Positions 25,439 through 43,569 of a DNA stretch of 64,000 nucleotides are shown here, in pieces. A program made the position numbers and the translations under genes. The notes under the pieces are model-generated. The model worked only from the letters and a program-made list of their open reading frames with translations. It made no database searches and was not told where the DNA came from. How positions within the stretch are numbered: the stretch's first letter is position 1; the number at the start of each line of letters is the position of its first letter. Origin of the DNA: Eledone cirrhosa. Lineage: Eukaryota. The stretch spans positions 154,752,001 to 154,816,000 of the forward strand of contig OZ024742.1 in assembly GCA_964016885.1 (NCBI GenBank), read 5' to 3'.

Positions 25439-27150
25439 TGACAAACATAAACTAACCTAGTAAGAATACCAAATGAGAATGTGCAATGAGATGGTGGAGC
25501 CAATAATCCGCTTGGCACCGAATGTGCAACAGTGTTGCAATCATTTTATATTTAGGGAACTAATCGGGGACATATTTTGTAAATAACAGACTGAATTGAG
25601 TTTCTAATGGTATCAATACCAAGGAGATTTATTTTGAAAATGAAAAGTGATATACAGACAATGATATACAGTCTATACAATCAAACATGGTTAACATAAG
25701 TTTCAAGAATTGACAAAAGTATGTATAACTATTGACAGCTATTGCTGCACAAACCAATGTGACAAACAATGAGCGATAGGAGATTGAATAGCACCAGGAT
25801 CTTGGTAGGCAAACAAGGGGATTGTGAAATGTATTCGCAAAGTAGTCTTCATTGTTTTCGGTGTGTTAGATAATGTTACTATCAGAATAAAAAAGATGCT
25901 TAAAAGACAAAGGAGTAACAACAAATGTAACATGAGTATAAAAACCTGCCTTACAAGAATACGGACCGAACATATCCTCCAAATCTTCAGAATACTTAAT
26001 GTACCTTCCTAATATCAGTATATTAACTGCAAAAATATCAAAGAGATTGACCGAACATCTGCAAATTTAAAAAACAGAAATGATGCAGCCAAATTCTTAG
26101 AAATTCAGTAGCGTAGAAATCTTTTTGGGAGAATTGGACAGCGTTATGTTCTACCACGATTGAAATCTTAGAGGTTTCCTGGAATTATGTGCGATTTTCC
26201 CATAAGAGATATACTTGAAAATCAACCGAAACCTGTATGGCAGTTCTGAAAATTTTCATTTTAGAACGTGCAGTAGTATTTACCACCTACGTAAATCATT
26301 AGCGTTTTTGTTGGTTAGTGTGGATGGAATAGTCTAGAGGATATCCTCAGTTTTGGTTTGTTGTTTGCAAGATATTAGAATATTTTGTTCTGCCCCGCCA
26401 TCCTAGATAAAAAGCATATACGAATATCCGGTTACTGGTGGAAGGGTGAATTAAAGGAAATTAAGTATGAATGATTGTGTATGTCTAAGGCGTTATATAG
26501 TGAGAGCTGTTAGATGTATGGATAAATAAATTAATGAATGAATAGCTGGAAATACTCATGATGTGTGTTTGTGTGCATGCAAAGTGTCACGTATGAGTAC
26601 ATTAGTTAAGTTGGGTGAGGAATGAGATATATGCAATATATGAACCGAAAGAAATATGATAAATATAGTGTGCGTGTAAATATGTGTTTAGCGGAGGGCC
26701 AATTCGGTCATGCAACCCGTAATGAAATATGTCTGTCTACGATGATATTGTATAGAGAGGAAATGTCAGGTGCAATTGGAAGTGATTAGTAAATGGAAGT
26801 GTTTGTATAGAGCAGTGTCATCGTTTGACTCAACAAGTAAATGTTAAAAAAAAAAAACTCCTCTCATTTTCGATCCCCTATTGTTCAATAAAAAGGTTAA
26901 ATCACGTTTTTGGAAACGATGCATAATATGGAAAACGTGTGTAAGCTAGTGCTGTTGTTGATAAAATGATACAATGTTGAAATGTGAGTGCCATCAAGCT
27001 ATGTTCGACATCAATATTACAAATTATGGCTATGTTCTAGATTAGTGAATACAAATTCACAATATTCTATCTTCTGTAAATTATAGCATTAGTTTATTTA
27101 TACAATGAATGATGAGATGAAAATTTAATCCCTCATCAAATATCTATTAT

Positions 27151-27362
27151 AAAGCTAAGCGGTATAATATGCTGCTAGAACTTAAAATTAAAATGATTAA
27201 ACTGGATAAATAATAAGGTTAATGAAAATTGAATTAGTAATTTCGCTGTATTTTTAAAGCTAAATGGTATAATATGCTGTTAGAACTTAACATTTAAAAT
27301 GGTTAATCTAAATAAATAATAAGGTTAATGAAAATTGAATTAGTAACTTCGTCGTATTTTTA
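27151..27362. repeat. Tandem duplication, two ~105-bp units
   Basis: AAAGCTAA..GGTATAATATGCTG.TAGAACTTAA...GAAAATTGAATTAGTAA occurs twice in tandem. Confidence 0.9.
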
Positions 27363-28016
27363 CAACAAAACAGTCTAATAATAACAGCGCGTATAAGACC
27401 TTAAAACGTGAAAAAATGTAATACCCTTTTCTTCTTTCCCAGGGATTGTTATTTTACTATTTTCTCTAGTCCCAAAATATGGAGTAGTTATTAATCCAAT
27501 ACCAGCATCGATTTCTAATGACATATTAGTAATATTTCCATGTGTAAATAGAATCAGTGTATTATATGTTTAAGCCTTATGAGTATATTGTATATTATAA
27601 AACACTGTTCCCTACTCTAAATAATTTTATAAATAAGTATACTAACCTTAATAATGCATTTCTTTACAGTCGCAATGGAATCGGACTAAAGCATCAGTAT
27701 GATTACACTTTTCTTTTTAAAATATAAACTAAGGTGTTATGATTATACGAAAAAAAAACAAGTGTTGCCAAATTATGTTATGTAAGATAAGAAGTGCTAT
27801 ATCATGAAAAAAATCTATCTATTTTAATGTTTAACAAGATGTTATCTCATCAAATTTGAAGGCTATATTATATATTTGAAATCGAAATTGGATGAATATT
27901 GGGTGTAGAACACAACTATTGATCATTATTGATGTAAATTATCAGATTAAATCAGGATCACGATTAAAGAAAAAACAAAATTTTAATTTCACAAATTATT
28001 ATGCTTATATATATAT

Positions 28017-28434
28017 AGTAATAATAATAGTTATAATAATAAATGTGAAGATTAAAATCCAAAGAGAGCTCGATAAGGATAAATATATATCAAATATATA
28101 AGAACCCTAGTGCAAAAAAAAGCACGTTTACATTTACATTATTCTTAATTTCGTAGCCGAGAATCATTCGGTTTCCTAAATAGGATATTAGTTTATGGGT
28201 CCATTTATACCATAGACGTGGTTCTGTCTTTCCGTGTAATTGTTCACAGCGTTCCACATAACGACGTATTATCCTCGCCTTCACGAACCAAAGTATCGTC
28301 TTCCTGTTTTCCTTCGGTTGCAACGTTTTTCGAAATATTTACATCTGCATTCACAGGTTGATTTTTTTAGTTTCAGAAGATCGTGTTAAGGGTGAAAGCA
28401 ACGATTATTTGCTTAACATTTAATATGTTAATTT

Positions 28435-28440
<6 letters not shown>
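28017..28440. mobile_element. Solo, internally inverted 3' UTR/pLTR of the PLE family at 49577-52490
   Basis: 28017-28115 is the reverse complement of 52400-52490, while 28190-28440 is a direct match to 52120-52400. It is TA-flanked and has a hammerhead-like motif at 28369-28419. Confidence 0.8.
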
Positions 28441-28522
<82 letters not shown>

Positions 28523-28527
<5 letters not shown>

Positions 28528-28861
28528 ATAATAATAAATGTAAAGACTAAAATCCAAACAGGGCTCGATAAGTATGAATATATATCAAATATATAAGAAT
28601 CCTAGAGCAAATATTTTACTTTATTTACATTATCCTTATAAAGCAAATATATAAGAGCCCTAGAGCAATATGTGGACCCAGAAGTAAATGTTTCGAAAAA
28701 AGTTGCTACCGAAGGACAACATAAAGACGATATTTAGTTCGTGAAGACGTTCCCTGGCAAAGAACGGAAGAAAGCGAAGATAATAATTCGTTATGTGGAG
28801 CGCTTAGAACAATTACACGTAAAGAAAAAAATCACATTTATGGTATAAATGAAGTCGTAGA

Positions 28862-28863
<2 letters not shown>
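28523..28863 (-). mobile_element. Second solo 3' UTR fragment of the same PLE family
   Basis: Shares TAGTAATAATAAT..AAAATCCAAA..GCTCGATAAG and GAAGACGTTCCCTGGCAAAGAACGG; TA tracts on both sides. Confidence 0.78.
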
Positions 28864-28908
<45 letters not shown>

Positions 28909-28999
28909 ATGTATATATAATGTATTTTGCAATACACTTTATGCTTAATTAAAAGCATTTTGAAGACCGTAAGCTATTGTTTTAAAGTAGTGACAAATT

Positions 29000-29170
29000 C
29001 ACTTACTTTGATCTCAGCAAACAGGGGAGATAAGCCGACAAGTCTTGTTTCGCTTTGGTTGAAGCTTATCAAGGCCAACTTCCCCTCCTGTCAGGAGAGG
29101 TAGTTGGCCTTGATAAGCGAAACAAGACTTGTCGGCTTATCTCCCCTATTTGCTGAGATCAAAGTAAGTG
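29000..29170. repeat. 171-bp fold-back palindrome containing a minimal hammerhead
   Basis: Arms CACTTACTTTGATCTCAGCAAA... / ...TTTGCTGAGATCAAAGTAAGTG, centre ~29090; the right arm lacks about 13 nt. Confidence 0.9.
29034..29075 (-). ncRNA. Minimal type I hammerhead ribozyme, U3-A8 variant
   Basis: Minus strand reads GCC-TTGATAA-GCTT caacca AAGC-GAAAC-AAGACTT-GTC-GGC. Confidence 0.7.
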
Positions 29171-29678
29171 CAGTTTTAAATCAACATGTTGATTTAAAAC
29201 TGCACTATCCACAAGTGTTTTTTAACCTTCATATCATGTCTTCCTGTTTTATCTGATGAAAACACAAATATTATTGCATGATGATATTTGTTTTGGAAAT
29301 GCGCATAATAAAATACATGGAACTCTTTTAACCATCTTCTGTTCTTATATATTATATAAACTCCAGTCCTACAAACTGTAGAGTGCTTCTTATCCGATAT
29401 CTGCATTGCTTTATTATACTACAATAAAAACTCACCTCCTAGATATATATATATAGATATATATATGTATAAAGAATTAGTATATCTACCAACATATGTA
29501 TACAGATACATACCTATGCTAGCAAATATATAGGTTTTGTCCGAGTAAATTTGTAGTTCAATGCAAGGGGATGCAGAACAATTATATGAATGACTTAAAA
29601 TAAGAAAATTATGAAAATTGACTTACTTACTAAATTTTAGCAAGTAGGTCAATTTTCATAATTCTCTTAGTTTACGTC

Positions 29679-29993
<315 letters not shown>

Positions 29994-32176
29994 ACGAAGG
30001 AAATGTGGTAAGGAACCAGGTGGACCATAACGCACCAAAGTAGTCAATACTTAGGGTAGTAGAGTGGGTAATAGCAACGAGTAGGACCCCGACGGCTGAG
30101 CTCAAGCCGTTTCGACGGGTAATTCAGGACTAAATGAACATTTTTATCCCGGTACATCAATAGCCGAGCTTCTCAGGGGGTAATTCCATATATGGTAAAA
30201 GTGATTGTCACAAGGATTGGTCAAATCTCTATTGTTGAAACACATAATTCTATCATGGCAATTTGTGGAAGGAAGGGGTAGCTGAACCTGCCAGTAGAAG
30301 AAAGAGGGCGAGTGGCTGGAGGAAACCCAGTCGTGTGTTGATAATGCCAACTACAGCTCGGCAGGAGGTCAAGGAAGTATAAAAGGGTGGGGGGGGGGGG
30401 GGGGCTCGAAATAAAAAGTAAAACAATATGGGGTAAAAATACCGAGAATGTTTAAAAAAAACAATTAAATATAAAAAACAATTACTCGTTACGATTCCCC
30501 AACGACAGGCATCAAGTCTCTCACTGGTACTGCTAGACTATAGAAAAGTTTACTAGGTGGGACGGAATTATAATGAAACCCTTTTAAGAGGTAGTAGTAA
30601 TCAACCGAGTATATCTTACGGGACAACAAGTGGGGCGCCAAAATACTAGAGAAACTACCACGAAATAATAATTCAGAGTTCCGAGACCAATACGAAATAA
30701 TTGTTTCTACCATAGGCACAAGGCCAGCAACCACCAGTGCAAAAAATAAACTAATACGAAATAATAAATCAGAATCCCGAAAAAGAATACTAATACTAAC
30801 TCTAAGGGTGCCGCTACGATACAAAAATTCTAGTGCAAACTACATAAATGCTCGTACGAAGTATATGAAAAATTTGATACGGAAAATTAATTCAGAATCA
30901 AACCCTCCCACTCCACCCCAAACAAAAATAAATACTGATATACGAGAAATTAAAGCAAAGATACCACTAAGAAATGTAGAAAGCACGGAAAAAAGGCAGC
31001 CATCGGATAAGAAAGCAAGTATCCGGGGTCTATCACATCTGCTATAAAAAGCGGAGTCGGTTTGAGGGCGAGGTAATTCCTACGCAATCTGTGTTTGCAT
31101 GCAGTTACCATTTCGTCCTTCTTGTTTAGGAGTTGGTCCGTCGAAAACAGCATTTGTAAAGTTTCCTCCGAGCATAAATTGCAGGGACGGCGTCCTCCCA
31201 TCTAGGAGTTGGCTCTGGACAGTAAGCTCCAAGTGAGATCATAGGTAATATTGTTATCCTTGAGGTCCCAGATGTGGCCCGATAGTGTGGTGACGTGACG
31301 CCGGGCCGGGTTTCAGAAGGTATCTCTGTGTTGTTATAGCCGGGTCTTGAAGTCACATGCGTTTAATCCTATATAAGTTTGTTGGAGGTGTCCGTTCTCA
31401 CGTTGCACTGGCAGATCACATTACGATCTCTGCATCTGTTGTCGAGGGGGGAAAATGGATCCATCGGGACAGTTGCACCTCCTGATCGGCTCTCCACTGC
31501 TATTTAGGTTATTTCTTCCATAGGGGTTGAGTTTTTTGTTGTTAGAGGAGACGATGTTTTGTGCAAAGTTTGGTGTGGTGCTGTAGGAGAGTTTGATGGT
31601 ATTTTTGTTAATTATGTTGTGGTAGCGGTGTTGTAGTGGGAAGTGTTTTTTGATGAGCCTAAAGAAGATTTTTCCCGGTAGGAGTTGTCACCTCGGCGTT
31701 GTGGGGAGGATTGGACCATGTTACATTGCGTGAGCGGCAGCGACGCCTGCTGGTTCCGCTAATGGAAGCTGGACAGTAGGATATTTCCTCCCGGAAACCA
31801 CTCCGCGTGAGGGCCTGGTTGTATTAAGGCGCATGTTCCTCGAATATCAGCTCATTAGTAGACAAACGAGATATGCGGAGGGAGATGTTTTTAACCAGAT
31901 TATTGGTGATGTTCCTAGGATGGTTTGACCGGCGGTGGATGTAGTGCAGGTTGACGTTGGGTTTCCTGTATGGGTAGTACAGATCAGTATCGATGTCAAG
32001 GGTAACGTCCAGGAAGTTTACTCGGGTTAGGGACGTTTGTAGGGTTATTTTAAATCCCCAGTCGCGGAAGAAGCTGATTAATTGTACTACTGGGATTGTA
32101 CCCTTTAAGGGTAGGAGCCCATTATCACGGTAAAATACACCGCCGAATGCAGGAAACATATCGGTGAGTTTAACTA
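29994..32176 (-). mobile_element. PLE-1 inverted, 5'-truncated arm
   Basis: Reverse complement of ~33147-35614, lacking a ~265-bp segment present at ~34283-34548. Encodes RVNFLDVTL, YPYRKPN, SNHP and the GIY-YIG end. Confidence 0.93.
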
Positions 32177-35100
32177 CCACGCTATATCCAGACTTTTCCG
32201 CTAAGTTCAAGTTCGTTCACGCGCACCATGCGAAAACACAACATCGACTTCTCCACCAAGAACATCCCAGTCCCACCGAAAAAACTTTACCTTCGTATGC
32301 TCACGCAAAAAATCGACCTCTTTCCGAAAAGTCTTAGATGGAGATTCGGATTTAATACCTACAACTCTCCCCCTCCAAACCCTATGCTCTCACCCTTCGA
32401 GGATGACCTTTTCCAACTGGTGAAGAACATTAAATTCAAACCCAGACACAACCGATTCCTACAAAAACTCCGTAGCAACTTAACAGAGTATGATAACACC
32501 AATGACACCATGGTGCACTCGGATAAAACTGGTAACCTCTACTTCGTCAACCCCGACAGATACCACGCACTGATCAGGAGCAGCCTAAACTCCACCTATA
32601 AAAAGGCTAACCACTCCTGCATTGAGGACATAAACCGAGATGGACAACAAATTACGTCCAGCCTCGGGGTCGCCGACCGCACGGAACCCCTAGACCCACG
32701 GACACCCTACTTCACACTGAAGGACCACGAATCCGATTTCGACCGTAAACTTTATATCAGGCTTATAAACCCAACGAAGTCCGACATAGGGAGAATCAGC
32801 AAAAAAATCCTAGACCGCGTTATACCAAAAGCCTATGGGTCAACACCCAGGAATTAATCTCATGGTTCAGCAATATGGAGGACAAACGAGACACAAAATT
32901 CATCCAGTTTGACATAGAGAGTTACTATGCTTCAATTACCTTACCGCTACTTACGGCTGCCTTGGATTTTGCCGAAACACTTGCGCCGATAACCGACCAG
33001 GAAAGAAACATCATCCTCCACGCTAGGAAGACAGGCCTACTCTTCGACAACGCCAAATGGATAAAGAGAGCTCCCGAATCACCCTTCGACGTTAGCATGG
33101 GCGTCGGATTCGGCTGAGGTCACGGATCTTATAGGATTATTCCTACTAGTTAAACTCACCGATATGTTTCCAGCATTCGGCGGTGGATTGTACCGTGATG
33201 ATGGGCTCCTTACCCTTAAAGGGTACAGCCCCAGTAGTACAGACCGGGTCCGCAAACAATTAATCAGCTTCTTCCGCGACTGGGGATTTAAAATAACGCT
33301 ACAAACGTCCCTGACCCGAGTAAACTTCCTGGACGTTACACTTGTCCTCGATAATGATCTGTACTACCCATACAGGAAACCCAACGACAACCTACACTAC
33401 ATCCACTGCCGGTGAAACCATCCTAGGAACATCACCATTAACCTGGTTAAAAACATCTCCCTCCGCATATCTCGTTTGTCTGCTCATGAGCAGATATTCA
33501 AGGAATATGCGCCTTATTACAACCAGGCCCTCAAGCGGAGTGGTTTCCGGGAGGAAATATCCTACTGTCCAGCTTCCATTAGCGGAACCAGCAGGCGACA
33601 CCGCCGCTCACGCAATGTAACAAGGTTCAATCCTCCCCACAACGCCGAGGTGACAACTCCTATCGGGAAAATCTTCTTTAGGCTCATCGAAAAACAATTC
33701 CTACTACAACACTGCTACCACAACATAATTAACAAACATACCATCAAACTCTCCTACAGTACCACACCAAACTTTGCACAAAACATTTTTTTCTCTAACA
33801 ACAAAAAACTCAACCCCTATGGAAGAAATAACCTAAATAGCAGTGGAGAGCCGACCAGGAGGTGCAACTGTCCTGATGGATCCATTTTCCCCCTCGACAA
33901 CAGTTGCAGAGATCGTAATGTGATCTACCAGTGCAACGTGAGGACGGACCCCTCCAACAAACCTTATATAGGATTATCCGCATGTGACTTCAAGACCCGG
34001 TTATACCAACACAGATATACCTTCCGAAACCCGGCTCGGCGTCACGCCACCACACTATCGGGCCACATCTGGGAACTCAAGGATAACAATATTACCTATG
34101 ATCTCACTTGAAGCTTACTGTCTAGAGCCAATTCCTGCATGGGAGGACGCCGTCCGTGCAATTTATGCTCGAAAGAATCTTTACAAATGCTGTTTTCGAC
34201 GGACCAACTCTTAAACAAGAAGGACGAACTGGTAACTGCATGCAAGCACATATTGCGAAAGAGTTACCTCGCCCTCAAACCCCATAATGACCCGGGGGGT
34301 AGACAGAGGCTGTAACACCCCACTTGCCGACTTTGTAATGGGTAAACCCTGCTTGCAAAGAGAGACGTATATCTTTTTATCGCTTCCTCTATATTTCCTT
34401 CTTCACCCCATCTCTTCCTAGTCCTTCCACACCAGTCCTCTTTCTTTGTCGTCGTCCTTTTCCCTTTCTCGCCCACCCGAGTCAGCCCCTGGGTCCTTTG
34501 TGGCCTCAGTAACCCCACCCCTTCCCCTCTTCTATGATAGAATTGGCCGATTCCGCTTTTTATAGCCGATGTGATAGACCCCGGATACTTGCTTTCTTAT
34601 CCGATGGCTGCCCCTTTTCCGTGCTTTCTACATTTCTTAGTGGTATCTTTGCTTTAATTTCTCGTATATCAGTATTATTTTCGGGGGGGGGGGGGGGGGG
34701 TATTCTGAATTAATTTTCCGTATCAAATTTTTCATATACTTAGTACGAGCATTTATGTAGTTTGCACTAGAATTTTTGTATCGTAGCGGCACACTTAGAG
34801 ATAGTATTACTTTTCTTTTTCGGGATTCTAATTTATTATTTCGTATTAGTTTATTTTTTGCACTGGGTGGTTGCTGGCCTTGTGCCTATGGTAGAAAAAA
34901 TATTTCGTAATGGTCTCGGAACTCTGAATTATTATTTCGTGGTAGTTTCTTTAGTATATTGGCCCCCCCACTCGTTGACCCGTCACCGTAAGATATACTC
35001 GGTTGATTACTACTCCCTCTTAAAAGGGTCTCATTATAATTCCGTCCCACCTAGTAAACTTTTCTATAGTCTAGCAGTACCAGTGAGAGACTTGATGAAT

Positions 35101-35614
35101 ATCGTTGGGGAATAGTAACGAGTAATTTTTTTTTTCATATTTAATTGTTTTTTTTTAACATTCTCGATATTTTTACCCCATATTGTTTTACTTTTTGTTT
35201 CGACTTCCTCCCCCGCCCCTCCCTAGTATACTTCCTTGACCTCCTGCCCAGCTGTAGTTGGCATTATCAACACACGACTGGGTTTCCTCTAACCCCTCTC
35301 CGTATTTCTTCTACTGGCAGGTTCAGCTACCCCTTCCTTCCACAAATTGCCATGATAGAATTATGTGTCTCAACAACAAGACCTTTGACCAATCCTTGCG
35401 ACAATCACTTTTACCATATATGGAATTACCCCCAGAGAAGCTCGGCTATTCATATACCAGGATAAACATTTTCATTTAGTCCAGAATTACCCGTCGAAAC
35501 GGGTTGAGCTCAGCCGTCGGGGTCCTACTCGTACCTATTACCCACTCTACTACCCTAAGTATTGAGTACTTTGGTGCGTTATGTTCCACTTGATTCCTTA
35601 CCACATTTCCTTCG
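32177..35614 (+). mobile_element. PLE-1: Penelope-like retroelement (Naiad-like), near full length, pseudogenised ORF 32228-~34285
   Basis: STKNIP N-terminus; RT motifs FIQFDIESYY, FDVSMG, GGLYRDDGLL, VNFLDVTL; CNC..PL..C linker; VIYQC..YIGLS GIY-YIG; ~1.3-kb 3' UTR ending at TA. Confidence 0.93.
35428..35523 (+). ncRNA. Degenerate or variant hammerhead-like motif of PLE-1 (mirror copy at 30086-30181, minus strand)
   Basis: The better copy reads ACCCC-CTGAGAA-(56 nt)-GAAAC-GGCT tgagctc AGCC-GTC-GGGGT. Stems I and III pair; the core has C3.A8 and stem II is unclear. Confidence 0.5.
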
Positions 35615-35628
35615 GTATATATATATAT

Positions 35629-42210
<6,582 letters not shown>

Positions 42211-42215
42211 ATAAG

Positions 42216-42428
42216 CGCAGCAGATTGGCAGTATCGGTAGCGCATCGGACAACATGCTTTGCAGCATAGAATTACGGCCCTTTATAATATGAGTTTAAAT
42301 CCCACCGATGTTAACTTTGCCTTTTATCCTTACGGCTTCGATAAAATAAAGTACCAGTCACGTACCAGTCACGATTAAATCGACTTTCCCTTCCCCCAAA
42401 ATTGTTGGCCTTGTGCCTATAAAAGAAA
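42216..42428 (+). mobile_element. tRNA-derived SINE (long variant)
   Basis: TTGGCAGTATCGGTAG head, conserved core. Confidence 0.85.
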
Positions 42429-42740
42429 ATTATTTTTACACTTATATGTATTTTTCGTTTTCCTTCTATTCAGTTTCCATTTCTTGTCGAGTGTTTTCTC
42501 GAGACCTAGGGCAAAGAAACTCACTGAATATCTTAGCCTCAAAACTAAATACACCAGATTGTTAACATCACGTACTTTTGATATTTACATGTATTCCATG
42601 TGCTTTATACATGTGCGCATTGAGTTCTATAAATGACATTTATAACAAAATTATAATCAATCATATGAGTGCTAGATTATTTACAACTTACATAACTATT
42701 GAATATAATCAAATAACGCTATATAAACAATATTATTATT

Positions 42741-42865
42741 ACGGTCTGAGTTCAAATCCCGCCGATGTTAACTTTGCCTTTCATCCCTACGGGGTCGATA
42801 AAATAAAGTACCAGTAATGTACTGGGTATTTTGCTGGCCTTGTGTCAAAAGTAGAAACAATTATT
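42741..42865 (+). mobile_element. SINE, 5'-truncated
   Basis: GAGTTCAAATCC B-box, core and tail. Confidence 0.87.
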
Positions 42866-43569
42866 ATTAGGGCGCTCCATGAAAGATGGGTGAAAACGGT
42901 GAGATTGTCGAGGCAGAAGGAACTTAAAACTGTCCTCCTCAATCACACATGCTTGTCACACATTCATACCACTATTCTGTGCGATCTACCTCTTCAGATG
43001 CCAGGGAATATATCTGGAAATATGATCGTAGTTTCCCTATTAATATTATCTGATTTAAATAAATAATATAGTGGTGTATTGTTACAATTAACACAGATAT
43101 GCCAACTACATAACTGATCATAATACATACATTTATCATTAAACTTATGTAAATAAATTATAGGAAAATTAAATTGAGGAATAAGAGAGAATATGTCATG
43201 AAACGTTTTTAATGACAAATATATACATATTCAACTTACGTTTTTACTGTTTTTAATATATTTTCAAACATCCATCACTAGATTATTGCATCATCTACCA
43301 CACCTTAATTAGGTTATATTTCCTTCGATCTTACTTGCCATCTAATATTTTTACCAATCTTCATTTATTGTAAATATTACATCCATTTCTACTTTTAACT
43401 TTTTCATCTAGTTTCCAATTTCGTTCTTACCGTCGGGCTTCATTTTCCATTCTGAGAGAGAGAGAAAGAGAAAGAGCGAGAGAAAAAGTGAGTGGAGAGA
43501 GAGAGAGGGAAACAGTGAGTGAGAGAGTTTGTGTGTTCATATATATATATATATAAATATATATATATC

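Noticed and set aside
20000-27900. Host exons or short ORFs in the unique-looking AT-rich region
   Set aside because: No recognisable domain, no consistent splice and frame pattern; the ORFs are short and low-complexity or TE-derived.
33413-34111. In-frame TGA codons in PLE-1 as selenocysteine
   Set aside because: The inverted arm has TCA (Ser) and TGG (Trp) at these sites and they are not Cys positions, so they are ordinary nonsense mutations.
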